DNA from: Bigelowiella natans CCMP2755
Taxonomy: Eukaryota > Protista > Cercozoa
Length of the DNA stretch: 64,000 nt
Direction: 5' to 3'
NCBI GenBank assembly: GCA_000320545.1
Contig: ADNK01000510.1
Span: forward strand, 1-64,000
Under the pieces are notes generated by a model that saw only the letters and a list, made by a program, of their open reading frames with translations, had not been told where the DNA came from and did not search any database. This document shows positions 37,295 to 54,202 of this stretch, in pieces. Both the position numbers and the translations under genes were made by a program. How positions within the stretch are numbered: position 1 is the stretch's first letter; every line of letters starts with the position of its first letter.

Positions 37295-39918
37295 TGTTAT
37301 CCTAATAAATCATCCCACACTACCCTAGTCTTCTCCTTGGAGTCCATCTGTACAGCTTGCACAACCGTTGCATATTCAAAGGTTCTCTTCGACTCGGGGT
37401 CTTGAAAGCCGTAGAGGTGATCTCCAACCTTAAGTTGATGCCCAGGAACCATACCGCTGTGCTTCTTCCAGTCGTAGGTGATTGTGGACTCGGTGTTGTA
37501 TCTTAGGAGGTCAGCCGAGCGACGCATAACAACACCCCACTGCATGAAGTCCTCGAGGGTCTTGACAGTCAGCTCTACGAATCCCACGTCGATGAGGAAG
37601 TTAGTCATGTGAGCCATAGTCTCCCCGTCGAGCTGGACGAAGAGGTCTTCGAAACGAGTTCCGAGGTGGAATCTCAGCATTGCAATCCAACGGGGATCGA
37701 GACGAACGACCTGCGAACGCTGGAACGCACTCGCCCCATCCCTGAGAGCGTCACGTTTCTCCGAGATAGTCATGGTACCGCCGCTGCGTAGGACAGATCC
37801 GAGGACGTGGAAGCCCGTGAGCAGACCAGTAGGCCCACCACCGACAACGTGGAAGTGCTGAGGCCTGACAGGGTAAATGCCCCTCTCCCTGAGTCCGAAG
37901 ATGGTTTCAGAAGTTGTCTTAGCACTCGATGGTTTATCCCAAGTGGTAGCTCTAGTTTGAAGGTTGTAGTAGTACTGTCGTCCTTCGTCATCAACGAGAG
38001 CGAGCCATCCCTCCGGAAGGGCGTCGGAGACTACATAGGAGTCATCGCCATGCTGGGTCCTCCAAGGGAATGCTGCAACTTGTCCGTTGGTGTCGGTAAA
38101 TCGAAACGTGTCGTCCTTAGAATCAAATGACTGCAGAGTGAATTCCTCATCCTTGCCGTGAGGATGATGGCGCTTGAACCAGTACTTGTTTCCGATTTGG
38201 AGATCGCTGGAGATACGAATACGCGATGCGCCCTTCATAGCTCGAAGGTTCCTGATCTTCGACTCATCGAGCTCGGTAGCTTGAAGCTGCGAGACGACCT
38301 GAAGGTCTCGCAATGGTCGTCGGAGTTTCGCGTGATCGAGGAATGCGTTGATGCCGAACACCCTGAGGTTCTTAAGCTCGAAAAGCATCCAGGCCTCCTG
38401 TGCTGCAGCAATCATACCAGCGACGGGCTTCTTCATCTCCTTCTCCAGGCGGCGGATCTCCTCATTGAAACGGAATCGGTAAATCTCACGCTTAACAAGG
38501 GACCTGATACGCTTGACAAGGAAGTAGTAGATAGTCCTCTTCTCAGGGCTGGAAACCTTTTTGTCGGCGAACTCGAGGAACGTCCTCTTATCCTTAGGAT
38601 TCAGCTTATCCAAAGCGCTGTCCATCATGCGAGCTGTGATGCCGTCTACATTGAAGTTCTGGCGATCCTTTAGGTACATAGGAATGATCTGCTTGAAGCG
38701 AGAATCGGTTGGATATTTCCAGTCAATGTTCTCGACGACTTTGATACCGAGCTTGATGCCGGATCGCACACCGAAGATGAGATTCACTACCTCCTTGGAT
38801 TCCTTCTCGAGGCGATCTACGGACTCTACGAGACAGTCGACCCATGCTGCAAGAGGGCGCAGACGAGAAGGCACCCCAGCGCAAACGTGCTCCATAAAGT
38901 TGAGCTTGAAGTCGTTGACCAAGACGCGTAGATGGGTGAAGTCATCACGAGGCTCGAGCAACTCGCATTTCCTGACGAAGGGGGCCATTTCGATGTTGTC
39001 CCTCTCGTTGATGCCACGGAGGGCGATGAGCTGTGTGATTATAGCAGGTAGGGCAACACGCATGGCGTTGACAGGATCGAGGAGCTCTTGGCGCTGGTGA
39101 CCGAAGTTTCCAGGCTCATTGCTGAGCATGTAGCGCCAGTGTTTGGCAGCTGCACGCATCGTGTGCTCGAATCCGTTATCGACGATGGTGAGGTTGGGGT
39201 TCGCGAAGAAAGCACGGATAACAATCTCGTCAGTTGGGAGCCTGTTCAAATTGCGGTACTCTTGGGTCTTGACTCGGCCGATATGCGTTCCATGCTGAGC
39301 CCTGTTGACCGACTCAAGCCCGTTTGCAGGAGCCAGGTTCTGGGCTGCTGCATCCCCGTCGGAGACAAGCTCCTCACGGTTTCCAGTGAGGTACCTCGTG
39401 TACCAACGACCTTCTCCAAGAAGTCTACGGAAGAGAAGGGTGACCACGTTTCCGAATGTTGGAGCGCCAATCTCTGTTCCTGGGAAGTCTCCAAGGAAAT
39501 CCAGGATCTTGATCCACTCAAGCCTTGTGGAATTATGCCAAAGAATATCAAAGATTGGGAGGGCCTGTACAATGATTCTGCCCACATTCTTGTTCTTGAA
39601 GGCCTGCTCCATGTGGAAAGGAACGTTGCAGCCATCCTCGAGCGCACCCATGAATCTGTCGAGGAGGTAGGCCTCCACAGGCATGAGGGAAGGCACACTG
39701 ACTTGCAGCGCCCTTGTGAGACGGTATCTGTTGATTTGATCAGCTCGGATACGAATCACAGACTGGATAAGACTGCGCCATGCACGAGCTCCCCATTTGA
39801 GGGAATGAGGGTTCTCCTTGGGATTTAAGTCATATGATTTCTGATTAGATGCATCAAGCGCAGTGTGAGTTGCCGGTTGGGATAACGGTTCCATTCGCAT
39901 TATAAGGGGCACACCTCT

Positions 39919-39963
<45 letters not shown>

Positions 39964-40601
39964 CTAAATCAACACAATTAACGAATAGTAACTGACAATG
40001 AGTTGCTTCATAGCGATACGGAGGCCAACTAGGATGAGAACTGAAGCCAACCAGGCAGCAGCAAGAATCGCCACCAGAATCATATCCATCCCTTGCTGAA
40101 AAAGTAGATGAGCCGAATAACATCAACCAAACTCAATTGTATCTATGAATACGCCTTCTTCTGTCCTAGCAATAAGTCTCTAAATTACCGCTACAAATAC
40201 GATGACTGTAACAAAGAGCGCAATGATCGGGAACCACATCAGGCAAGCCCAACGGTTCATCGTATCTAGCTTCCTTTGAGCACGGTGGTGGAAGACATCC
40301 AGCTTATTCTCAATGTTGACGTCCTCCAGGTTGTCGATGGCGATGATTTTCAGCTCATACTGAACAAAGAATTCTGTTTCAGCTCATACTCGAACAAAAT
40401 TTGAGCATCGAGATATTCAATTTGATGCCTCCTCTCTTGTCTTCTCTTCTCCCACATTCCCCTCCCCTTGTTAGTGTTTTCTACCTCTGTCTTTGCTCTA
40501 CCCTTATGGGTAGGCTTGGTGTGGCCCGCATTTCCGGACGATTCGTGGATGTCGTTGCGGGAGCTCGTAAAGACCTGACCGTAAGTCGGGTGTGCTGGCA
40601 T
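32801..40601 (-). CDS. ~2,450-aa membrane protein with a MICAL-like FAD-dependent monooxygenase domain, three WW domains and several TM helices; 5' exons tentative
   Basis: ORFs 37297-39963 and 32801-37204 are joined in frame by a GT-AG intron at 37205-37323. HVVGGGPTGL..ISEKRD..FQRSQVVRLDP Rossmann start; VGDNQSTPHF GD motif. WW motifs LPEGW..YYYN..W-KP (~37930-38020), LPPGW.. (~33070-33160) and LPEGW.. (~32830-32920). Hydrophobic helices near the N- and C-termini. Confidence 0.8.
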
Positions 40602-41892
40602 GCTATCTGTTGTTATAACATTCAAAACAGACAAATCACAGTCTTTCATCATGTAGCAACAGTTTTCCAAGGTTGCATGCATCCTGTAACAACCTCAAGG
40701 GCAGAGGCAGCTAGTGGAAAGTGTGGTAGAGGTGCTGCGATGCGGTGGAGAAATGGGTTTTGAGGATACATAGCTTCTTAGCCAAGTTCCGACTGCCGTG
40801 TTGGGATCGATAACAAAGTTCCTTAGAGCGCTGCGACATTCTCACTACTCTGTCTCAAGCTCCGAAGCCTCAACATTGACAAAACAGTCGAAGACATTAT
40901 TCTGCCATGATTATAATGTTGTACTTTGCGTCTAGGCGAATTGAATGCCATTTAACCCAAATGACATCAAAAGTCCTCGGCATGTAGGGAGAATCGGCGT
41001 CATTCTTGCAGGTTGAATGTAGTGAAAACGGATTTATAACGCAAGTCCGAGCTACGAGCGTGCGACACACCGACTGGCGTGCGCCGGATTTTTTTTGCCT
41101 CGCGTGGGACTTGATGTGGGTAAAGTTCACCACATCAGGCTTTTCGCTCAACCAACAAGGAAAAAAGTAACTTGCTGGAAACATTCTGTGATTTGCACCA
41201 GTGCTCGCAATACTCAGCAACTGAAAATGTAGATGATGCACAATCTGTGAAAGAGGCACGTGTATTGCCCACGGGTGGTACCCGTCCGCCTGTGGCTGTA
41301 ATTTGTTTGCCCACACAGACACGCGCGATGCGCAAGTTTTTACGAAACATCAGAGAATCAACTAATCCAAGCTGGACCACGAGCCTAACATGCGCGGCAA
41401 TTTCTCCCCTTTCTCCAGAATCGCCCCTGATCAGTGGCAAAACGGATGAGTAGGTTTGTGCTCCATGCAGGTGTACTTGCTGCCATACGAGAGTACGAGT
41501 TGCTATGGTAGCATTTGCTCATTTCACTATATACGACAAACATCTATCATTGACGTAAGAAGGAAATCACACCGTATCTCTATCTATCTTCTAAAATTTG
41601 TTCTGCGACATGTCGTTGTGTCTGTCGCATATTTAGGATAAGCGTGGGTTTTCACATTCCACACAGACGGTACAACTTTTTAACTTTTTCACGTGTACCC
41701 CACCATCCTCGGTGATTTTCCCCTAAAACACATTGCATTATGCGGTTGCGTCTTGTGAATGAAGTTGATTTTCTGGTGTAACGTAGCGGTAAGTGGATCT
41801 ATCGCAGGAGTCGGTCAAAGAACGAATAAGCCCTCCTCAGCTTGAGTATTGGCGTGCAGAATCTAGTTGGAGCCTTAAGGACACGGCGCGAA

Positions 41893-43089
41893 ATGGCTTC
41901 TGCCCTCCTGCCTCTATCCGTTGCGGTGGGTCTAGCAGTTCTCCCTGTCGTTGCCTCTGAGAACGTTATAGGTATGAGAGGAGAGTCTGTCATGTTGATT
42001 GATACGGAGCAACATAGGAAACATGACATGTATTTCTTCTGACCATCATCAGCCGGATCGTCTTTCATTCCCCTCTCCGGGGAGAAATCCTTCGGTAAAT
42101 GGACCGCTACGAACGGAGCCCTGACGATCAAAGCACAGGTCCCGGGGGATTTGATCACTGATCTACATACCAACGGCATTATCGAGGATCCTCTCTTTGA
42201 ACTTAACTGGAAGAATAGCAGCCTATGGGACTCGCACGTGTGGAACTACACCCGCTCATTCGAAAAAAGGTGAGTTTGAATGCTTTTTAATGGTGCATGT
42301 TCAATGCTGAGCTGAAAAGTCCCTCCTGGATGCCGCCACATTCTTGAATCTCCTCTACTCAGGTCTCTGTCTACAAACTCACTCCTCGTTTTCGAAGGAA
42401 TAAAGATGGGAGCTCGAATTTACTTAAACGACCGTTTAATATTATCAACTACTGACCAATTTCTGCGGTACACATATCCCATCTCCCAGGATGAATTGCA
42501 ATCATCCAACACCCTTACTGTGAGCTTCGACCCCCAGATAGCTGTCGACGGCCGGTTCATGGCCTGTTCGGGAGGGTGGGACTGGGCACCATACTCCAAT
42601 TCCAAGACCAAGGAAGGTGTGCGAACATTCAGCCGTGGAATATGGAAGGCGGTGTACTTGGTGGAGGTTGGGTCTCTCGCCATTACGCACATGGTTCCTA
42701 CAGTCCATTTCCTAGGGGACTATCCCCTGCATAAGCTGCAGGACGGCAAACATGCGGGATTTCGAGTCGATATCAGGACTCACATATGGGCTCCACGCAT
42801 ACAGAGAGGCAATTTTTTGGTCTGCGGGGACTGGGGGAGCAAACATGATGATGGGTGCGTCATCGGTGCGAGAGATCTCGAGGTCCCAAAGGGAGACTCC
42901 AACATCACGATTTCACTAAATGTTAGCTCGACCGATGTGAAGCTCTGGTGGCCAGTGGGCCTTGGTGGACAACCCCTCTATGATGTCACCGTTAAGTTTG
43001 TTCCCACGGTAGCATTACTACCTCTAGCTACTTCGAAGATGATCAAGACTTCTCGGAGAATCGGATTTAAGCATTTCGCCCTTGGTTGT

Positions 43090-43126
<37 letters not shown>

Positions 43127-43151
43127 TGTGTACAAAAAACACACACGCGCG

Positions 43152-43199
<48 letters not shown>

Positions 43200-45532
43200 C
43201 TCACAAAGTAGAATGTGTATTTCAGTAACTGGCAACGATACGAGCCCCGGCTTTGTAGTTGAGAACGAAGGCAAGGAAGGCACCCTCTCGCATGGGATGT
43301 ATTTTCGTGTCAATGGTGCAATCGTAATGGCAAAGGGCGCGAACATGATCCCAATGGAGGAGATGGAAGGCAGATTGGATGATCATGCGCACAGAGTCCT
43401 CGTCAAGAGCGCGCGGGACGCCAACATGAACATGCTCCGTGTTTGGGGGGGTGGCATGTACTTGCCGCAAGCCTGGTCTGCACCACTTTCAGTAGTAGAG
43501 TCAAATGTTATTTCAAACCTTGATTTTAGTGAGAATATTACCGGCGAAGTTTGGCTTTCTATGCCTGTTTGTTGTGGAACAGAGATACTCTACCTTGGGG
43601 CACTTATCGCTTTGATCAATTGTTGCGAATTCTTGTATTCAAATCGATTATAACTGTTATTATTCCTGACTATCATTTACATATACCAGGTACGACGCGT
43701 GTGATGAGGCTGGAATCATGGTGTATCATGACATGCAGTATGCGCAAGAAGGCCACAGCCCTGCAGACTCCACAACGCAACACCGCGAGCTCTCACATCA
43801 GGTACGAGCGCAAGCCAAATTGTTGTTGGTAGCAGTAGTAGTAGTAGTAGTAGTAGTGTTAGTAGTAATTGCAGAAATATTTATTCATATGAAGCGAATG
43901 ATACCAAGCGAGGGCCATCCACCCGCTAAGAGATTAAATTACCAAAAAAAAAAACGTTTTTTTGCGACACAAGGTTAGTCAAGATATAGTGATATAATGA
44001 CTCTCTCCTCCTCCTCCTCCTCCTCACATCCTGCTGAATGGAAAAACGCACTTGGGCAGGTGCGGCGGCTTGCCCACCACGTCTCCATTTCACTCTGGGA
44101 TGGCTGCAACGAGTGCCAGGTGTACATGAACACCTCTACCAAGATCTACGCCGACTTCGTGATGAGCGTTGTCGCTACTGAAGATGGCTCGAGGCCAGTG
44201 TGGCCGTCCTGCCCAGCACTCGGTTGGTCGGAAGGAGTTGATCGTCTCACTTCAATTCCCATTCCCGGTGGGGTGTTACAAACACCATTTAGCGGGAGAA
44301 CGATAGAGGAACATGGACCGTACCTCCATGGAACAGGTTTCATTTATTCTTGCTATTATTATATTTGTTGTTATTATTGTCTATTGTAGCAATGCACGAT
44401 TGTCATCATCGTCGTCATAGTGAAAGGGAGGAGAAGGAGGAGGAAGAGGAAAGGGAGGGAATCCTACTACTTGTATGGAAGACTGTGTTGTGTGAGGATT
44501 ATTGATGCAATGATGAACGTTGCGGAGTAGTTGTGGTGTCCTGATGATCGTTTATCGTATATGTTCCTGTCTGTCGATTCAATTCCCCCTTTCCGACGCT
44601 GGCCACTGCTCAGGGTTTCCCAGCGTGAACGGATGGGGAGATGACTACTACTTCGAGCCTACAGTACCGCTGAATCTAACACAAGAAGAGGAGGAAGGGG
44701 AGCAAACAGGGCCAGGACTTCTCAACGTCTTTGCATCTGAGTTCGGAGCGTCTGTGATGTCCTCATTCGAATCCATGTCGCCCACGCTAAGACCAGAGCA
44801 TTGGGGTCTACATGGCGGAGAGCCATATGACACATGCACAAAAGGCTTCGAGGGAACATGTGTCGGCAACAACCCTATGGCGGAGAGAAACTGTAATGTA
44901 GTACTAGTACTAGCAGAAGCAGTAGTAGTGGTAACAAGAGAACATTAATCATCTATATGTTTGTGGCGGCGTGCTGCTTCTTGTGCAAGGGGGGCAATTG
45001 TGTTGTGTAATTCATGATGATGCTGGTGATGACGATGTATGCCAGTGCGACGGTGTGCACGCGCAAATATTGGTCGAAATATAGCCGGCGTCTTCTCTAA
45101 ATGATCTTTGTCCTCTTCCTCTTCCTCCCTTCCCCCGACTACATACAAGATCCTTGTGACAACTTGATCGAGGTGTACTTCGGACCAGAAGTGCTGCGGA
45201 ATGCCAATGCGACCGGCGAGCACGTGTTTAAGAAGCAGCTTTACCTTTGCATGCTTGCACAGGCTCTGCACGTCAAGGGCAACATCGAGACTCGTCGAGC
45301 AGCAAACACCTTTGGCCTTCTGATATGGCAGTTGAATGAGATCTGGCCGACGGGTGGGTGGGGCTCTGTCGAGTATGGAAACAAGGACGCACAAGGGCAG
45401 GTTATTGGTGGACGATGGAAACCGCTGCATTACTTCTACAGGTACTACTACTAGTAGTAGTTATAGTAATGGGGGACAAGAGCGAGAGAGAGCTCCAGAG
45501 CGTAATATATGGGAACATGCTCGAATAGAATT

Positions 45533-45567
<35 letters not shown>

Positions 45568-46033
45568 CATGCATGCATGCATGCATGCATTATACACACA
45601 CCGCATTTACCTACACATGCATATACACGTACAAAACACAGGCAGTCAGCACTTGCGGACGTGATGGCTACGTGTGCGCCATCGGGTGTATGCTACGTCA
45701 AGAATGATCTTTCTGCAGAATTCACCGGTGATCTGTTGATAGAAGCTGTGAATCTCGAAAAGGGCGAAGTCATCCCCCTCCATCACGAACCGAACTTGCA
45801 AATGCCTCTTGGTCCTGGTGTAAGTAAGTGGTTCACGATCAAGGAGCAGCTGCCTCAAGAAGACCCTTCCACTTACGTCCTCATCGCTCATGCTAGTAGG
45901 CATCATTATGAGAAATCATCATCATCATCATCTTCTTCTTCTTCTTCTTCTTCTCAACGAAGTGCTGTCGTTTCCGCCAACACCATCCTTCTGGATACTC
46001 CGAGAAAGTATTCCCACCTCCCTTCCCCCTCCC

Positions 46034-46084
<51 letters not shown>

Positions 46085-46592
46085 GCTAACCTCTGTGAGG
46101 ACTCTTTGGTGATTACAATTCTTCACTTCTCAGCTTGCAGCTTCGTCGTGCCAATGTGCAGTTTCAAATCGCTGAGCACCCTAATGCGGATAAGACCGTC
46201 AACATTCAGCTTAGGACTGACGTGGTATTAGGAGTAATTAAAATGAGCGCGCGTGATACGTATGAGTACTAAGAGTCGTATCGTCGACGATATTTACTCC
46301 TTTTGCGATTAGTATCTGAGGATATATTGTAGAGAAGGCTGGTGACGGCTGATGACTTTCATTATTGATTATGTGGCAAAAATCATTTCTATGCTATCAT
46401 TAGGTGGCCCTCTACGTTACATTGACAACACTCGCGCAAGGAAGGTTCTCCGACAATTGCTTTGTTGTTTTGCCGGGAAGAGAGAGTGTGATTACGTTCA
46501 TCCCATTTGGACCCCTGAACCTTGAAGTATTGCGTGCTTCCACTCGTGTTGAGGACCTCTCGTCGTACCTGGCAACATCATCGTCAGCATAA
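41893..46592 (+). CDS. Secreted or lysosomal-type beta-mannosidase, glycoside hydrolase family 2 (multi-exon)
   Basis: Signal peptide MASALLPLSVAVGLAVLPVVA. Motifs GWDWAP, GIWKAV, KLWWPVGLGGQPLY, KGANMIP, NMNMLRVWGGGMY, LWDGCNE (acid/base), FASEFG (nucleophile), WQLNEIWP, GRWKPLHY and GRFSDN. Confidence 0.9.
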
Positions 46593-46711
46593 CATAGCGT
46601 GATCTTCTAGGGAGTAGTGTCGCCATGATGGTTCATTGATTCGAGCATCTATTCGATGTTGAACAGAGCGAAGATTACATGCACTCAGCATTCTATAGAC
46701 ATGCAGATCGC

Positions 46712-46758
<47 letters not shown>

Positions 46759-47678
46759 ATCTCTCTCATGTGTGTGTGTGTGTGTGTGTGTTGTGTCATT
46801 GGCCTGCAGCAACTACAGCTACAGTTTATAAGCAGTGTGCACTGCTAGACTGACACACAGAGAGAGAAAGACAGCGCTAGAGCGCGGATGCATGAGCAAA
46901 GCTAATCAGAACAACTGCAACTCATTGCGTGCACAGCTATAACAAGTACTTGAGAGCTACATTGTGACATCGTGACCAGCAGATTCCACATTAGTGCTGT
47001 ACGTAGCCGCTGCATTGCTAGATTGCACAGCTACATAAGAATGACCACTGAACAAATTTAATTTGATTCATTACTTCCGTCTAACATCGTGACACATCTA
47101 GCTAGTAGCTAGATATGTGCGCTATCCTAGCTAGCTAGTATCGCATGCTAGCATGTCTTCCTAGCTAGCCGCATCAGACGCTCAGGTAGTCATCTAGTCA
47201 TAGCCAGATGAGCCATTATAAACATACACGATACTGCACAAATAAAGTTATGGCTACTACTGCAACATCTAGATAAATTATGAGGCTGCATAGATGACAT
47301 GCAACTATCTCTAGATCTAGCTATATGTGAAGCGTGGAGTTACAGTTTGCTCTTGCTTCTGGACTAAGCAACCATTCGCAGGCAACGCTACGCTATATGC
47401 AGCATACAAGTTCATGCATGGCGTACAAGCCTAGCGGGTTTCTTGTGAAAATATAATTCATTAATAAGACCTGACATGATATTGCCCATTTAAGCGGCAT
47501 GCTAAAAGCTTAATACATGCCGAGCGAAGCACTTATCTGACTCACCATGACGTCGTAGACTGTGGATCGATTCACGATTTTGTGGTTCCTACTAGCAGAG
47601 CATCGAGGATATGATGGTGCCGTTCATATAAATCTGGATTTAATTTCTTTAAAATATGGATGATCGTGGACTGTTGCT

Positions 47679-50947
<3,269 letters not shown>

Positions 50948-51721
50948 TTTCTCAAATTCCAAACTTATACTCCTGCCTGAAAACATAATTATATTATTTT
51001 ACAGTTACTTTTACATCAGTTGACGGATCAACACAGTGTTCACTGCGTAGATGTGCGTGTGCGTATGCATCCCAACACACACATACACGTCGACGTGGAA
51101 AAATAGAATAACTCTTTTGAATACAGCGACAGGCAATAGTTGGAGAAGAAACGTGCGAATTAATTTGTTCTCAAACCCTAGAAAAGGTATTGACCCGTTG
51201 GATATGAAAAAAAGGTCGCACAGCGGGGAAGGGGGAGGCACCTTCGTAGTCTGTCGGGAATGTATGAGATGTGTGTGCAGGGTAAAATTTCAAAACATTC
51301 CGAGAGCAAGCAGAACTTGAATATCGGGGATTTGGTCCATTGTTGCTGTCACTTCTCTGAGAATATTCAGAATTAAGGTGACATTTGAAATAAAAACAAT
51401 TCATTTGCCGGGGATCCCCGAGATACTCTTGGTCTCATGCATGTTGATTGTGATGAAAGCTGAGCCAAAGATTTGACAAAATGCTGATCTTCCGGTTTTC
51501 AAAGAAAACAGCACAAATCGACATGATTTCTGGAATAATTTGGAAGTCGTACCAGCCAATTAGGATGAATTCGCCTTTGCTGGCTGCAAGGCTTATTAGG
51601 TACCCTATTTCTGCATCTGGCTTGTCGCAGGGTCTGCAGTTTTACAAAAGAGTAGCGGCGTTTGGGGCGTCGAATTTCGGCTGCTTGTCGATCGGTCCAT
51701 CTCTTACCTACAAGGAAAATA

Positions 51722-52885
51722 TCCTGAAATCTCGAGAAATCCTGCTAGGAAATCTGTCCTGCAAAATTGCTCCGTCGGGAGCATGGCGGAAATCGATGAA
51801 GCGATTTTGCAGGGCTTTGTTCGAACACACTCCCTCTTCTTCTTGCAACCTTGCTTGAAACATTTGTTCTTCTTTTTCTGCTTCTTCTTTGTCATCATCT
51901 TCTTTTTCCTTTGCTTGCCAATTGCGATCGCCCTTTTGCAAATCAAAAACCTTCTTCGAGAACCGCTGAGCCTTGACTGCGAGTGTGGGACTGCGAGACT
52001 GGGAGGGGGACATTGCAACGCTAGAATGTCGTGTTGGTGCCCCTTTGTGCCTCGCTCACCTCGAAGCGTTTTGCCCTCCCTTTTTCAAATGGCGGGTTTG
52101 GAGATCCTGATGGAGCTGAACTGGGGGATCTCCTCAACACTTCTGGACTTGATGTCGCTCACTTCGTTGATCTGTGCACGGCACAGGCCAGCAGGGATTG
52201 GAACACTTGTGAACAAAGCACCAAGTCACAGTGAGCAACTTCTCAGACTTGGCAAGGTCTTTCTCAGGATTGGTACTAGGGTGCCCAAACCTTTGGCCTG
52301 CTTCCAGTGATCATCCCATCATCCTGATCATCCCAGCCGCCATGTGAATGCAACGTTTTTGCAACAACTGTCTTTGCAGTTTGTTGATCCAACAGCGTGA
52401 ACCACCCTGGCACTGGGGACACACGTGAACGCATCCACTACACCCTGGATTGTGGATCGTCGATGATGATGTGCAGTTGCTCCTGCACGCGTGGCCTTGC
52501 AGATGCCTTGCGGCCGCCGACGATTGATTGCGTGCTGGCGTGCGATTCATCGCGGAAGGGAACGCACGATGTGCTCTAGCCCAATGGTGCTCGCAGCATT
52601 GTCTAGCAGTTGTGTGTCCTTCTGTGAGTTGAGCAGTCTTTGTGGGTCACCAGCCATGCATGCTGGCATGTGCAAGCATGCTGGCATGCTGGCATGCCAT
52701 GTGCCATGCTGGTGTGCACACAACGCAATCTAGCAATGTTCGTTGCCAGCGCATGCGAACTGAACCGCTGGTTTTCCACGACATCTCACTGCCGCACGGA
52801 AAAACCGGCGGTGAAACACTGTGCGATTCCACTCATCCAGTCGTGCGATGGTGCAATGATGCAATGCTGAAGCTCATCAATGAGA
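51722..52885. other. TpA-depleted intergenic island, a probable hypermutated relic of a gene or transposon
   Basis: Manual count: 8 TpA in ~1,160 nt, 6 of them in CTAG. Many overlapping open frames because TAA is absent and TAG is rare. Confidence 0.75.
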
Positions 52886-53203
52886 ATACGCGATGCGATG
52901 CTGGAGCATGGCACGCTTCTTCACCACCTCTCTGCTCGTGGAATGCGCCGCGTCCCAGCCACACAACCCCCGCGCTACCACCCAGGTTCAACATGGACAT
53001 TTCAAATGTGGAGACGGCACTCAGTACACATTTTGGTGCAACTAGGGCCGACTGATCAACCAGGAATCTTCACACAAATATATGGATTGTGTAGACGTCA
53101 GCGTTCCCACAGTAGCACACTTACATGCCAGTGCTTATTAGTTGTAGCCACAAAAACACTTGAATTTCTTTTAGTTTCAATTGTGATCGAATTGTGAGGC
53201 AGA

Positions 53204-54007
53204 TCAAATAAGCTCTCCATCTCCAATGTCGAACTGGATTCCTGAAAACATTGACCCTGAGAATTCCTTCTTGTAAATCTTGTAGAAGTCTCGAGCCATC
53301 TAGAACATAATACCGAGAATCATCGAAAATGTGTGATTAGAATCATATTGATGCAACTTATAGAAGAGAGAGAGGAGAGATGAGAGAGAAATGGGGGGTG
53401 GAGGGGGGAAGGGGGGAGGGGAGAGAAGGAATGCAACTAAGAGGGTGGAGGAAGGAACAAGAAATAAGAAGAAATCACACTCAACTAGCCACCTCTGCAC
53501 TGAAATAGGATCTCCATGATCCCACCTAGACGATTTCAATGATAATAAACATTAGACATATAATTTCTGATGAGTATTTTTTAAGTACTTCCGCACAATC
53601 TCTCAGGAAATATCAATTGTCATTGATCTTTCCCATAATGCTTGGCGTCGTCGATATCGTGATTATTATCATATAAGGCAGAGAACAAGAAAGGACGACA
53701 ATCCACCTTGCCTTTCCTCATGTGCACGTACTCTTTCTTGGTGCCGCTCGTGCTCTTTGCAAATGCCTGAGGGATCAATTTATTCATGAAAATAAATCTA
53801 GGGAAAGGCTGATTCAGGAGCAGTGTGCACTACTACGACTACTACTACTATTACTACTACTACTACTACTACCGTTACTACTTCTTCTTCTTCTCAACTA
53901 AAAAGTATGACGTTGCACGTATTCAAAGGAGTAGCTAGTAATAAAACGTGATTTCCTACTTGCGACTTCATAGACTTTAGGGTTGACTTGTTAGCGATAA
54001 TCTGGAG

Positions 54008-54050
<43 letters not shown>

Positions 54051-54168
54051 ATTCGAAATCATAATTGTACATCAATAGAATATGATAGTACAAAAAATAC
54101 TAATAATTTCTGTCATGCGTTAACTGGCAAATAATCGGATGATCTTTTATAATCACATTTTGCAATGG

Positions 54169-54202
<34 letters not shown>

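Noticed and set aside
33209-39828. Plus-strand ORFs of 170-250 aa opposite the giant gene
   Set aside because: Antisense shadows produced by biased codon usage.
41172-41453. 93-aa ORF between the divergent giant and mannosidase genes
   Set aside because: Non-ATG start, no motif and no splice support.
51481-53197. Numerous overlapping Cys/His-rich ORFs as real genes
   Set aside because: Explained by loss of TAA/TAG stops in TpA-depleted DNA; no recognisable domains.
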